Of a stretch of 64,000 nt of DNA, positions 40,573 through 51,332 are shown one piece after another; within the stretch, counting starts at the first letter, position 1; each line of letters starts with the position of its first letter. This DNA comes from an uncultured delta proteobacterium (GTDB lineage Bacteria; Myxococcota; Myxococcia; Myxococcales; Anaeromyxobacteraceae), in contig CAWJSR010000028.1 in the NCBI GenBank assembly GCA_963845515.1, forward strand, positions 64,001 through 128,000. The letters run 5' to 3'. Made by a program: the position numbers and the translations under genes. Under the pieces are notes generated by a model that made no database searches, was not told the origin of the DNA, and saw only the letters and a program-made list of their open reading frames with translations.

Positions 40573-43210
40573 CGCGTGACCAGCCCTCCGATCCCCCGGT
40601 TCACCAGGGTCACGATGGCGGCGAGCACCCGGGGCAGCGCCAGCCGCCCCGGGGCGGCGAGGTAGCGTGGCGTCCACTCGGGATGGAACTTCTCCTTGTA
40701 CTGGCGCACGCCGCGGAAGTTGTAGAAATGCTCGCCGTGCCTGAAGAGCCGGGTGCCGAAGCGCGCCCAGAGCGGCGCGAGCGCGCGCTCAGGGAGGCCG
40801 GAGAAGGGGGCCATCCCGAGGCTGAAGCGCCCATAGCCGCGCTCGCTCCCCCAGATCATCACCTTGGTGAACAGGAACTCCATGGTGACGCGCGGCGCGT
40901 CGGGGAGGTGGCGCATCAGGTCCAGCGAGAGCTCGTCCTTCGCGTCGGGGGCCCACAGGTTGGCGAAGGCGACCGACCGGCCGCCGAGCCGGACGAGCGC
41001 GAGCGGCCCCTCGCACAGGTAGCGCTCCGAGAAGTAGCCGAGGCTGAAGCCCTTCTCTCGCGTCGCCTTCCCCCCGTCCAGGCGTCCGAGATGGCGCGCA
41101 GCTCCGGCAGCAGGCCGGGGACCGCCGCTCGCGGCACGACCTCGAAGGTGAGGCCGTCGCGCTCGGCGCGCGCCACGGCCTGCCGGAGGCCGCGCCGCTC
41201 GACGCCGTCGAGGCTGAAGCCCTCCAGGGGGACCAGCGCCTCCTCCCCGAGCTTGAAGAGGACGAGCCCCATGTCCAGGTACCTGGGGAGGCTCTCCGCG
41301 CCCACCTGGTAGAAGCAGCTCTTGCCGTGGTGGCGGTCCGCGAGCTCGCGGAGTCGCCACGCGAGATCCGTCGCGACCGGCTCCGGCCCGATGGGATCGC
41401 CCATCGCGACGAACGTCCTGCCGGCCACGCCGAACATGAGGAAGCCGGCGCCGCCGGGATCGGCCAGGATCGCCTTGTCCCCGAGCAGCGCCAGGTGAGC
41501 GGCCGACTCGGGCGATCGCGCCACGAGGGGTCGGATCGCGGCGAGCTCCCTCTCGGTGGCGACCAGGACCCGCGGCGGCGCCGGTCGGAGCAGCCGCGCG
41601 ACGCCCAGCGCCGCGGCGATCGCCACGGCGCCGACCGTGGCGCGGAGGAAGCGCGGGGCGTCGCCGCGCAGCGCGAACTCCCACCAGAGCTCGCTGCGGT
41701 ACTCGACGTGCCGGTAGGAGAAGAAGCCGATCCAGAGCGACCCGGCCAGCACGAGCAGCGTGGCGAGCATCCAGCCGCCCGTCAGGGGCTCCTCGAGGAG
41801 CTCCGCGCGCCGCCGGAACTGGGCGCGGAACGGCAGGAGCGCGACGAGCAGCACCACGAGCACCGCCGCCTCCTCCCAGTCGAGCCCCTTGGCCAGCGAC
41901 GCGATGGCGCCGGCGGAGAGCAGCCCGACCGCGATGATCCAGGCGGCGTCGAGCCGGCGGCGGAGCGCCTGCGCCAGGAGGAGCAGCGCCATCCCGGCCA
42001 CGCTCCCGACGAAGTGCGAGAGCTCCAGGACAGGGAGCGGCAGCGCCCGCTCCAGCACCCCGAGCCGCGCGACGGCGGTCGGGGTCGCGCCCGAGACGAG
42101 CAGCACCGCCCCGGCGAGGAAGGCCCCCACGGCGGCCGCCGATGGGACGATCGGGGCGACCGCGGCCATCGCCGTGCGCCCGGCGCGAGCGAGCCACTCG
42201 CGGCGCCGCGCGACCTCGCCGGCGGCGAGGAGGAGCGCCGCGGAGAGGAACGGCACGACGTAGTAGACGAGCCGGTAGAGCACCAACAGCCCGAGCGCCG
42301 CTGGCGCCCCCATCCGGGGCGAGAGCGCGGACAGCGCGACCGCCTCGAAGACGCCAGCGCCGCCCGGGACGTGGCTCGCCAGGCCTGCGACCTGCGCCGC
42401 GACGAAGACCGCCGTCACCTCGACCAGGGAGACGGCCGCCCCGCCCGGGACGAGCGTCCAGAGCACCAGCGCGGCGAGCGACCAGTCGAGCGCCGAGAGC
42501 GCGACCTGTGCGACGGCGACGTGAGGCGCGGGGAGGGGGAACAGCCACCGGCCGACCCGGAGCGGGGCCCGGATCCACGCCGACGCGCCGACGTAGAGCG
42601 CCACCACCGCGAGGAGCGCGGCGCCGACGAGCGGCCCGCTCCGGCCCAGCGGCAGCAGCGGCGAGCCCCTCACCGCCAGCAGCGTGCCACCCGCCACCGC
42701 CAGGAGCCCCATCCAGAACGTGGCCGCGTTGGTCGCCACCAACCTCGCCAGGTCGCCGAGCGAGAGGCCGTGGAGCGAATAGAAGCGCCAGCGGATCCCC
42801 CCGGACGAGAGGACGGAGCCGCCGAGGTTCGCGCCGAACGCGTAGGCGACGAAGGCGGCCGGTCCGACGACGCGGTAAGGGAGCGGCCGCCCCATGCTCC
42901 GGAGCGCGAGGACGTCGTAGAGCGTCAGGACCAGGTAATTGACGGCGGTGAGGACGAGCGCGGCGAGGACGTGGGACAGGTGGACAGACCGGACCTCGGC
43001 CGCGAGGTCGCGGTAGTGGAACGCAGCGAGCTCCCGGTGGAGGACCCACGCGGCGAGCGCCAGCAGCAGGACGGGGAGCACCGGCGCGAGCACCTTGAGC
43101 CGGTAGCCGATCCGGTCGGCGAGGCCGACGCGATTGGGCTCCACGCGCGCCGTCTCGTCGGCGGCTTTCGCCCGCTCGGCCGCCATGTCCGGATCCCCGC
43201 TCACGGCCAC
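40569..43210 (-). CDS. mprF: Bifunctional lysylphosphatidylglycerol flippase/synthase; frameshift near 41075
   Basis: SHVPGGAGVFE, ELSHF, KGLDWEEA, GDPIG, KLGEEA, EKGFSLG, DLMRH, YNFRG..YKEKF. Confidence 0.93.
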
Positions 43211-43259
43211 ATCCGAGCCCCGGGAGCCCAGGTAGTCAAACGGTCCGGTGGGGAGTGCG

Positions 43260-45005
43260 TCAGGCCCTCAGCACCTGCTTCTCCACGAGCCGCGCGTACA
43301 CGCCGCGCTGGGCGAGGAGCGCGCCGTGGGCGCCCTGCTCGGCGATCCGGCCGCCGTCGAGCACGACCACGCGGTCGGCGCCCACCACCGTCGAGAGCCG
43401 GTGAGCGATCACGACCGAGGTGCGGCCGCGCATGAGCCTCGTCAGGGCATCCTGGACCAGCGACTCCGACTCGGAGTCGAGCGCCGAGGTCGCCTCGTCC
43501 AGGAGCAGGATCCGCGGATCCTTCAGGAGCGCTCGCGCGATGGCGATCCGCTGCTTCTGGCCGCCGGAGAGCTGCTGGCCGCGCTCGCCGACCTTCGTCG
43601 CGAGGCCGTCCGGGAAGGCCATGACGAAGCCCTCGGCGTTGGCGGCGCGGATCGCGTCCCGCACCTCGACGTCGCTCGCGCCCGGGCGGCCGTACCGGAC
43701 GTTGTCGGCGATCGTGGTCGAGAAGAGGACCGGCTCCTGGGAGACGACGCCGACGAGCCGGCGCAGCCAGCCGGGGTCCAGCTCGCGCAGGTCGACGCCG
43801 TCGAGCGTGACCCGCCCCGCGACCGGGTCGTAGAGCCGCACGAGGAGCGCTCCGACCGTGGACTTGCCGGCGCCGGACGGGCCGACGAGCGCCACGGCCT
43901 CGCCCGGCCTCACCGCCAGATCGATGCCGCCGAGGACCTCCACGTCGGGGCGCGCCGGGTAGGAGAAGCGCACCCCCTCGAAGGCGACGCGCCCCTCGAC
44001 CCGGTCGAGCCGGCGCCCGCCGGCGATCGGCATGGCGGCGACCCGGTCGGTCAGCTGGAAGACCCGGTCCGCCGCGCCGAGCCCGCGCATCGCCTCCGCC
44101 CAGATGTCTGCCAGCGTCCCGAGCCCCATCGCGATCAGGAGCGTGTAGACGAGGAAGGCGGTGAGCGCGCCGGCGGTCATCTCCCCGGCGCCCACGAGGA
44201 GCCCGCCGTAGCCGAGCACCACGGCGATGGCCACGTAGACGCCCGCGGAGGCGGCGCCCATGAAGATCGCCGCCGCCCCGACGCGGGTCCGGGCGAGCCG
44301 GTAGGCGTGGTCGACCTCGGAAGAATACCGGGCCGACTCCGCCTCCTCGGCGGCGAAGGCGCGGACGGTCCGGATGGCGGAGAGCGACTCCTCGGCGGCG
44401 TGGCCCGCGTCGGCGAGCGCGTCCTGGTACCTCTTCGCGAGCGCCTTGATCTTCCGTCCGTAGATCACCGCGCCGATCGCCACCGCCGGGACGACGAGCA
44501 GCATCACGGCGGTGAGCCGCGCCGAGGTGACGATCAGCAGGGCGAGCCCGCCGACGACCTGGACGCCGTTCCGGAGCGCCATCGAGAGCTGCGAGGAGAG
44601 GAGCCCTTGCAGCGACGCGGTGTCGGTGCCGAGCCGGGAGGTGAGGTCGCCGGTCCGCTGCGCGTCGAAGAAGGCGATCTCCTGCCCGACGAGGGAGCGG
44701 AAGAGCGCCTCGCGGACCCGCTTCACGCCGCGCTCGCCCGCGACGGCGAAGAGCCAGGCCCGGCCGGCGACCGCCAGCCCCTGCACCACGGCCAGACCGA
44801 TCATGAGGAACGCTGCGTTGCGGACCGTGGAGGGGTCGCGCGACGCGACGGCGCCGTCGACGATGATCCTGATCCCCTGCGGATACGCGAGCGCCGCGGC
44901 GGAGCCGACGAGGAGCAGCAGCGTGGCGCCGACGAGGGAGGGCCACTCCAGCTTCAGGAGCGGCCAGAGCCGGCCGAGCGTGGCCGTGCGGGGGATGGAG
45001 GACAC
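43260..45005 (-). CDS. ABC exporter, fused TMD-NBD (ABCB/MsbA-like)
   Basis: GDLTSRL, GPSGAGKST, LSGGQKQR, LLDEATSALD, IAHRLST. Confidence 0.93.
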   Translation of the reverse strand: MSSIPRTATLGRLWPLLKLEWPSLVGATLLLLVGSAAALAYPQGIRIIVDGAVASRDPSTVRNAAFLMIGLAVVQGLAVAGRAWLFAVAGERGVKRVREALFRSLVGQEIAFFDAQRTGDLTSRLGTDTASLQGLLSSQLSMALRNGVQVVGGLALLIVTSARLTAVMLLVVPAVAIGAVIYGRKIKALAKRYQDALADAGHAAEESLSAIRTVRAFAAEEAESARYSSEVDHAYRLARTRVGAAAIFMGAASAGVYVAIAVVLGYGGLLVGAGEMTAGALTAFLVYTLLIAMGLGTLADIWAEAMRGLGAADRVFQLTDRVAAMPIAGGRRLDRVEGRVAFEGVRFSYPARPDVEVLGGIDLAVRPGEAVALVGPSGAGKSTVGALLVRLYDPVAGRVTLDGVDLRELDPGWLRRLVGVVSQEPVLFSTTIADNVRYGRPGASDVEVRDAIRAANAEGFVMAFPDGLATKVGERGQQLSGGQKQRIAIARALLKDPRILLLDEATSALDSESESLVQDALTRLMRGRTSVVIAHRLSTVVGADRVVVLDGGRIAEQGAHGALLAQRGVYARLVEKQVLRA

Positions 45006-45051
45006 CCCGGGAGTCTAGTGCGCAGGCCCCGGCCCCGCACCCCGTACCCGG

Positions 45052-45090
45052 AAAACGAACCGCCTGCGCGCCGTTGGACGCGCAGGCGGT
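45052..45090 (-). terminator. Rho-independent terminator after the lipoprotein gene
   Basis: 12-bp stem ACCGCCTGCGCG/CGCGCAGGCGGT followed on the minus strand by TCGTTTT. Confidence 0.7.
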
Positions 45091-45113
45091 AGGACGACGG
45101 TCGAGCGGTGCTG

Positions 45114-45686
45114 CTACGGGATCTTCAGCTCGTTCGCGAGCTCGGTCGCCTTCGCGAGGAGATCCTTCGCGGCGGCGGTCGCGGCCGCTGCGTCGGTGGC
45201 GGCCTGCTCCTTGACCTTGGCGGCGGCGGCCTCGAGCTCGGCCACGCCGGCCTGGGCCTTCGCCACGACGTCCTTCGTGACGCCGGCCGGGAGCTTCTTC
45301 GCCTTGGCCAGCTCGGCCAGGCGGGCCTGCAGCGCCGTGATCTTCTCGCCGAGCTGCGCGGCGCCCTCCTCGGCGGCCTTCGCCAGCTCTTCCTTCCTGG
45401 CCTTGGCGGCGGCGATGATCCCCGCGGCCTTCCCGGGGAGCGCCTCGGCGGTGGCGCGCGCGCCCTTCCAGTCCTGCTTGGCGACGGCGGCCTTGGCGGC
45501 GGCGAGCTCGTCCTGGAACGCCTTCACCTGCTCGGGGGCGAACTTGGTCACCTCCGCGGTGAGCGTCGCGGCGGCGCCCTCGGCCGCCTTGAGGGCGGTC
45601 TCGGCGGGGAGCTTGTCCGGGTTGGTGCAGGCGACGGAGAGGAGGAACGGGACGACGGCCAGGGTCAGCTTGAGGGATCGGTTCAT
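45114..45686 (-). CDS. Ala/Lys-rich helical lipoprotein
   Basis: Lipobox LSVAC; GGAG RBS; strong host codon bias. Confidence 0.8.
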   Translation of the reverse strand: MNRSLKLTLAVVPFLLSVACTNPDKLPAETALKAAEGAAATLTAEVTKFAPEQVKAFQDELAAAKAAVAKQDWKGARATAEALPGKAAGIIAAAKARKEELAKAAEEGAAQLGEKITALQARLAELAKAKKLPAGVTKDVVAKAQAGVAELEAAAAKVKEQAATDAAAATAAAKDLLAKATELANELKIP

Positions 45687-45865
45687 TTTGGTGGGGTCTC
45701 CTTGAGGGCCGACAATCTACCGCTCCCGCCGGGGAGCGGAACGACCGATACGGGTGCATCGATCCGGCTTGGCGGTTATCACCGTCGGCGCTCCAGTTCC
45801 AGCGCTTGTTGACCGTGAGAGGGCGCATGTGCGCGGCTGCGCACCTTCGGCGCCTCGCGCCGCTG

Positions 45866-47426
45866 CTAGACCACCAGCTCGAAGCTGGTCCCGTCCGGGC
45901 CCCGTCCTGCAGGTGATCGTCCCGCGGTAGCGCTCCGCCACCGCCTTGACGATGGCGAGACCGAGCCCGGTGCCTCCGTCGTCCAGGCAGGTGGTGAAGA
46001 AGCGCTGAAAGAGCCGCTGCTGGTTGGCGGGGCTGATGCCGGTGCCGTGGTCGCGCACCTCGACCACCAGCCGCCCGTCCCGCCCATCCACCGTCACCTC
46101 GACCGGCGCTCCGCTCCGGTAGCGGACCGCGTTCTCGACGAGGTTCTGCACGGCCGAGTGGAGGTGGTCGGCGCCGACGGCGATCCGCGCCGGCGGCGAC
46201 TTCAGCGCGACGCGAACGGCGTCGCCGAACCGCTCCCCGAGCGAGGTGAAGAAGCTGGCCACGTCCACCTGCTCCGCTGCGTCGGGGGCGCTGCCGATCC
46301 GCGCGAGCTGCAGGAGCCGGTTGACGAGCCGCTCCATCCGCGCCGCGTCGACCTCGATGTTCGCGAGGAAGCGCTCCCGCTGGGAGCCGTCCATCGCCGC
46401 CCACTGCTCCTTCAGCAGCTCCGACGCTCCGCGGATCGCGGTGATCGGCCCCTTCAGCTCGTGGGTCGCGTCGGCCGCGAACTGGGCCACGTCGCGAGCC
46501 CTGTCGCGCAGCCGCTCGGTCATGGTCGCGATCGACTGGCGCAGCGACGCCACCTCGGACGGGGTCCACACCGAAGGCTCCGGCAGCGGCGCCGTGCCGC
46601 CCTGGGCGACGACGTCGGCGGCGCCGGCGAGGAGGCGCAGTGGGCGCGCGATGAGCGCGCCGAAGACGAGGCTCACGAGCAGCGCCGTGAACCCCGTGGC
46701 GCCGAGGGCGACGAGGAGGCCGCGGCGCGAGTGCCAGAGGGTGGTGAGCGCGTCGAGGCTGGTGCGCGACATCCGGACGACCGCCACCACGTCGCCGTCC
46801 GAGAAGACCGGCAGGGCGGTGAAGATCCGGATCGCGCCGCGGCTGCGGACGTCGGAGAGGGGAGGGAGCGGATCGTCCGTGACCCGCTGCCGCGCGACGG
46901 CCGAGTAGCGGCCGCCCAGGGCCGCCGCGACCTCTGGGAGGGCGGCGAGCGAGCGCCCCAGCTCGCCCCGGCTCGTGGCGACGACGCAGCCCCGCCCGTC
47001 GAGCACGCGCGCGGCGGAGAGGTTGAACACCTGCATCCGCTGCAGCAGCGGCTCGACCGAGCGCCCCGCGCGCCGGGTCGGAGCATCGGCTGGAGCGCAC
47101 TCGGGCAGGTCCGCGGGCTGCGGTGGCTCGACGCCCGAGGCGAGGTCGGTCACCGGCTCGACCGGGACGTACTGGTCGCCCGCCCGGGCGGGCGGGCGGA
47201 ACGGCGGTGGCTCCCCGAGGCGCCGCGCGGCGAGCCACTGCTCGCGCCACGCCTCGCCGATCAGGACCGACTGTGCGATCAGCTGCCGCTCGGTCTGGCG
47301 CACGAGCAGCGTGTCGTAGAGCCGCAGCCCCACGACCGCGACCAGCGGCGCGAGCAGGACGAAGAGGTTCGCGCCGAGCAGCCACCAGCGGAGCCGCGGG
47401 CCCGAGCGCGGCGCGACCCCCGTCAC
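45866..47426 (-). CDS. CreC-like membrane histidine kinase; frameshift near 45900
   Basis: Two TMs, HAMP, THELKGPITAIRG, NLVENA, GGTGLGL; likely true end GPDGTSFELVV* at 45866. Confidence 0.88.
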
Positions 47427-48115
47427 GCGGCCAGGTCCTCGCGCAGCCTGTAGCCGATTCCATAGACCGTCTCTATGGGGTCGGCGCCTGCGGCGGAGAG
47501 CTTCTGCCGGATCCGGCGGACGTGGCTGTCGATCGTCCGGTCGGTGATGGAGTGGCCAGGTCCCCAGGCCTTGTCCACGAGGTCATCGCGGCTGAAGACC
47601 CTGCCTGGCGCGCCCAGGAGCGCCCGCAGCAGCGCGAACTCGGTGACGGTGAGCACCACCTCGCGGCCGCCCCACGCGCAGCGATGACGGCCGAGATCCA
47701 TCTCGAGGGGGCCGCGCCGCAGGACCTCCGGTGCGGGCGCGGCGGCCGGCGGCTCGCGGAGGCGGCGCAGGACTGCGCGGACGCGGGCGAGCAGCTCGCG
47801 CGGGCTGAAGGGCTTGCTCAGGTAGTCGTCCGCCCCCAGCTCCAGCCCCAGCACCCGGTCGAGCTCGTCGTCACGGGAGGAGAGGAAGATGATCGGGAGG
47901 TTGCCCGTGCGACGGATCCGGCGGCAGACCTCGAGCCCGTCCGCCTCGGGCATCACGATGTCGAGGACGACGAGGTCGACCCCGCCCGCGGCGAGGCGGT
48001 CGCACGCCTCGCGCCCGTCGCGGGCCTCGACCACCTCGTAGCCGCCCTGCTGGAGCGCGAAGCGGACGACCTCGCGGATGTGGCCATCGTCGTCTGCCAC
48101 CAGGATTCGATCCAC
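47423..48115 (-). CDS. OmpR/CreB-like response regulator
   Basis: REC plus winged helix (DRTIDSHVRRIRQKL, ETVYGIGYR). Confidence 0.95.
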   Translation of the reverse strand: MDRILVADDDGHIREVVRFALQQGGYEVVEARDGREACDRLAAGGVDLVVLDIVMPEADGLEVCRRIRRTGNLPIIFLSSRDDELDRVLGLELGADDYLSKPFSPRELLARVRAVLRRLREPPAAAPAPEVLRRGPLEMDLGRHRCAWGGREVVLTVTEFALLRALLGAPGRVFSRDDLVDKAWGPGHSITDRTIDSHVRRIRQKLSAAGADPIETVYGIGYRLREDLAA

Positions 48116-48149
48116 CCATCACCTCCGGCCGCCGAACGGCAACCTCAGT

Positions 48150-49364
48150 CTACCGGTAGTAGCTGCTGGCCAGGTCGACCGTGTAGGCGATCTGGGCGCT
48201 CGCGAAGGACGAGACCAGCTGCTGGTGGAGGGCGACGGTCCTCCCCGGCGTCGGGATCTGCCACGCATACTCGACCGCCGGCGCCTCCTCGACGGCCGCG
48301 AGGCTTCCGCCCGACCAGCGGTACTCGAAGACGGACGGCAGGTGGAGCGTGACGAAGAGATCGTTCAATCCCCACTGCGGCCGGGGCAGCGTGAAGGCGA
48401 GGGTGCCGGAGAGCGGGTAGCCGCTCTGCGCCTCCGAGGTCACGAGCTCGACCGTCGCGGTCTGGTCGCCGGCCCGGGCAGCCTGGACGGGGAGGGAGAT
48501 CACGTCCCCCGCGCGGCTGAAGGGGCGCGCGGCGCCGTTCAGGAAGACCCGCTCGACCGCCTGCCCCTGGGGGAGCGTCACGGCGAACGACCGCTCTCCC
48601 TCGAAGCGGAGCCGGTAGACGACGCGGGCGATCCGCCGGCCGTCGAGCGTGGCAACGACGGAGGCGTGCCCCTCCGTGATCACCGGCTCCACCGGCGGCC
48701 GCACCGCACCTCGTTCTCTCGCCCGGACGCGCGGCCGCAGCTCCCAGGCGACGGCGATCCGGCCGTCGACGGGATGGGCCACCGCGCCGTCGCCGTCGTC
48801 GCGCAGCGCCGCGGAGGCGAGCCGGAAGAGGCTGTCGTCGTACTGGAGCTTGAGGGACGCGGGGCTGCCCGCAGGGACCACGACGCTCAGCCGGCGCGAG
48901 CGTCCGCTCGCCTCCGGGCGCTCCAGCCAGCGGACCTGGAAGGCGTAGGCGCCAGCCTTCCCTGCGACGAGGCAGAGCCAGCGGTCGACCACCGCGACCA
49001 GGCCGCCCTCGACCGCCGGCAGGCTCGCGAGCTGGGTTCCACGGCGCACCTCGAGGAGCGGGACCGTGACCCAGCCGTCTCCGACCACCGTGACCTCCAC
49101 CTGCGCGGTGACGTCGAGCCCGTCGCCGAGCAGCCGGCCGGCCAGCTCGAGCCTGTTGATCGTGGCGCGTACTGGCGGGGCCAGCGCCTTCGGGGTGTCG
49201 GCGCCCTCGCCGGCCCGCTTCAGCGCGAGCAGCTCGGCGAGCGGCAGCGTCACCGTGCCCGTGCCCGTGGCCGGGGCGGAAGCGCCGGGAGGGACGACGG
49301 TCGCCTCGGCGCGGACGGCCGCCGGCGCGATCAGCGCGAGGAGCAGCGCGACGCTACGCGACAT
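48150..49364 (-). CDS. Exported hypothetical protein
   Basis: Signal peptide MSRSVALLLALIAPAAVRA; beta-rich body; in operon context. Confidence 0.7.
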   Translation of the reverse strand: MSRSVALLLALIAPAAVRAEATVVPPGASAPATGTGTVTLPLAELLALKRAGEGADTPKALAPPVRATINRLELAGRLLGDGLDVTAQVEVTVVGDGWVTVPLLEVRRGTQLASLPAVEGGLVAVVDRWLCLVAGKAGAYAFQVRWLERPEASGRSRRLSVVVPAGSPASLKLQYDDSLFRLASAALRDDGDGAVAHPVDGRIAVAWELRPRVRARERGAVRPPVEPVITEGHASVVATLDGRRIARVVYRLRFEGERSFAVTLPQGQAVERVFLNGAARPFSRAGDVISLPVQAARAGDQTATVELVTSEAQSGYPLSGTLAFTLPRPQWGLNDLFVTLHLPSVFEYRWSGGSLAAVEEAPAVEYAWQIPTPGRTVALHQQLVSSFASAQIAYTVDLASSYYR

Positions 49365-50605
49365 GCTCGGCTCCCTTCGGCTCGCCGACGAGGCCGAGCG
49401 CCTTCGAGCACGTGCAGCCCCTCCGGCCGCGCGGACGCCACCATCAGCGCCGCCAGGAGCCCGAGCGCCTCGAGCGTGTAGATGAGCCCCGTGTAGCCCT
49501 GGAGGATGACCGCCAGCGTGGGGACCGCGAGGCAGGAGGCGACCAGCCCGGCGACCGGCCTCCAGGCGCCGCGCGGCAGGAGGAGCGCCGCGTAACCGCA
49601 GAGGAGCCCCGAGGTGACTCCGAGCGCCAGGGCCCACGCCGCGTAGAAGTGCAGGTACGCGGCGAGGTAGGCGACCAGGACGAAGAAGAGGGCGTACGCG
49701 GCGGCGAAGAGGTAGCTCTCGAAGATCCTGGGCGGGCGCCCGTGGTGTAGGCGGAGGGCGACGAGCCCAGCGAAGAAGAGCAGGAACCCCGCCCAGCTCC
49801 TCGCGACGAAGGTGGCGATGATCGCGTCGAAGGACTTCTCGGACGGCAGCATGACGCCGATGGGTATGCCCGACTCCAGCGAGGCGAAGCGCCACTGGAG
49901 CCGCGTGACGTCGCCGGTCCGCTCCACGCTGGTCGCCGGGACCACGCCGTCGGCGTAGTCGAAGTTGTCCCCGCCGTGGATGTCGATCGTGAGGCCGACG
50001 TTCCGCGCCGGCGCGGCCGGATCCAGCGCGTACGTGAAGGCATCGAGACCGCGCCCATCGAAGGCGACCCGGAAGGCGAGCTGCTCCCCGGGCTTCAGGC
50101 GCCCGGTCCACAGGAGCTTGTCTCCCCCCTTCCCGAGCTCCACCGGCGCCGCCGCGCCGTTGACGTAGAAGGAGAGCCCCGAGAGGAGGACCCTGTTCTT
50201 CTCCAGGCTGATGGGGAAGACGAAGGCGACGTCGACGTCGCGGTCGAAGGGGTTCTGGGTGGAGTAGTCGCCGGTGAAGCGGAAGTCGAAGCCCGAGAAG
50301 TAGACGAGCCCTCGCTTGCGGTAGTTCATCGTCGCGTCGACCGCGACCACCTGGCGGGTGAGCGGCAGCGGCTCGAGCGCGTTGAAGACGGTGCCGGTGG
50401 GGACGTAGCGGACGGAGGGCATCGGCTGCCGGATGGGGGCGCCCCAGCGCTCCATGACGTCGCGGTGCAGCTCGCCGTCGGCGAAGCCGCGGCGATCGTT
50501 CATGCGGGCGACCAGCGCGCCCGACACGAGCAGCACGATGGCGAGGCTGCCCCAGAAGTGGAACCGGACCGGTTCGACGAGGAAGAGACGAAGGTACGTG
50601 AGCAC
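49331..50605 (-). CDS. CreD-like inner membrane protein
   Basis: N-terminal TM, periplasmic domain (YRKRGLVYFSGF) and about six C-terminal TMs (FFVLVAYL); upstream of a creBC-like pair. The 3' end may be frameshifted. Confidence 0.65.
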   Translation of the reverse strand: MLTYLRLFLVEPVRFHFWGSLAIVLLVSGALVARMNDRRGFADGELHRDVMERWGAPIRQPMPSVRYVPTGTVFNALEPLPLTRQVVAVDATMNYRKRGLVYFSGFDFRFTGDYSTQNPFDRDVDVAFVFPISLEKNRVLLSGLSFYVNGAAAPVELGKGGDKLLWTGRLKPGEQLAFRVAFDGRGLDAFTYALDPAAPARNVGLTIDIHGGDNFDYADGVVPATSVERTGDVTRLQWRFASLESGIPIGVMLPSEKSFDAIIATFVARSWAGFLLFFAGLVALRLHHGRPPRIFESYLFAAAYALFFVLVAYLAAYLHFYAAWALALGVTSGLLCGYAALLLPRGAWRPVAGLVASCLAVPTLAVILQGYTGLIYTLEALGLLAALMVASARPEGLHVLEGARPRRRAEGSRACRVASRCSSR

Positions 50606-50846
50606 GCGACCACCTCCCGGCCGCCCTGGCTGCGAGACGCGGCGGCGACGGGATGGAGGCTAGCGGGCCGTCGTGGCGTGCCGAGGGCGGCGCGGCCTGG
50701 AGCCGGTGGAGAGGTCGTGCAGGAGTGGTGCAGGCCGCCCCGGGCCCCTCGCGAGCCGGCGTTCCCCCCGGCCGGGCCGCCCCGGATCCCCGCTTGCGCG
50801 AGGCCGGCGCGGTGCCTAACGAACGGCAGACCCGGAGGTTCACGCC

Positions 50847-51254
50847 ATGAAGCGAATGCAGCGTCCAGCGTCTCTCGCAGTCGCCGCCCTCATGATGCTC
50901 GCCGCGGGGCCGGCGCTCGCCGATCACCACGCCGTCAAGATCTCGAAGAAGGATGGGATCGGGAGCTTCCTCACCGACGCGCAGGGGAAGGCGCTCTACA
51001 CGTTCAAGAGCGACATGCCCGGCATGAGCCACTGCGAGGGGGCGTGCGTCGAGAGCTGGCCCGTCTACTTCGCCGAGAAGGTCGAGACGAAGGAGGGCGT
51101 CGCGGCGAAGGACTTCGCGACCATCACGCGGGCCGACGGAAAGAAGCAGACGACCTACAAGGGGATGCCGCTCTACTACTTCGCCGGTGACAAGGCCGCG
51201 GGCGACACGAACGGCCAGGGGAAGCGCGACGCCTGGTACGTCGCGGCGCCGTAG
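50847..51254 (+). CDS. Secreted COG4315 (Lipoprotein_15 repeat) protein
   Basis: GKALYTF.SD, CEGACVESWP, QTTYKGMPLYYFAGD...GDTNGQG. Confidence 0.88.
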   Translation: MKRMQRPASLAVAALMMLAAGPALADHHAVKISKKDGIGSFLTDAQGKALYTFKSDMPGMSHCEGACVESWPVYFAEKVETKEGVAAKDFATITRADGKKQTTYKGMPLYYFAGDKAAGDTNGQGKRDAWYVAAP

Positions 51255-51332
51255 GGCGGGCGCGGCCGGGCGGGCGAGTCTGCCCTCGCGGCGGGCACCC
51301 GTGGAGGGTGCCCGCCGCGAGGAGCGCGCGGG

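Noticed and set aside
39328..43210. mprF-acvB pairing as a novel system
   Set aside because: Known arrangement (lpiA/mprF with acvB).
43201..47463. 1420-aa ORF and other long Arg/Gly/Pro-rich ORFs (711-3542, 48150-51032 N-terminal part, 55214-57919)
   Set aside because: Shadow frames of real genes in high-GC DNA with no recognisable motifs.
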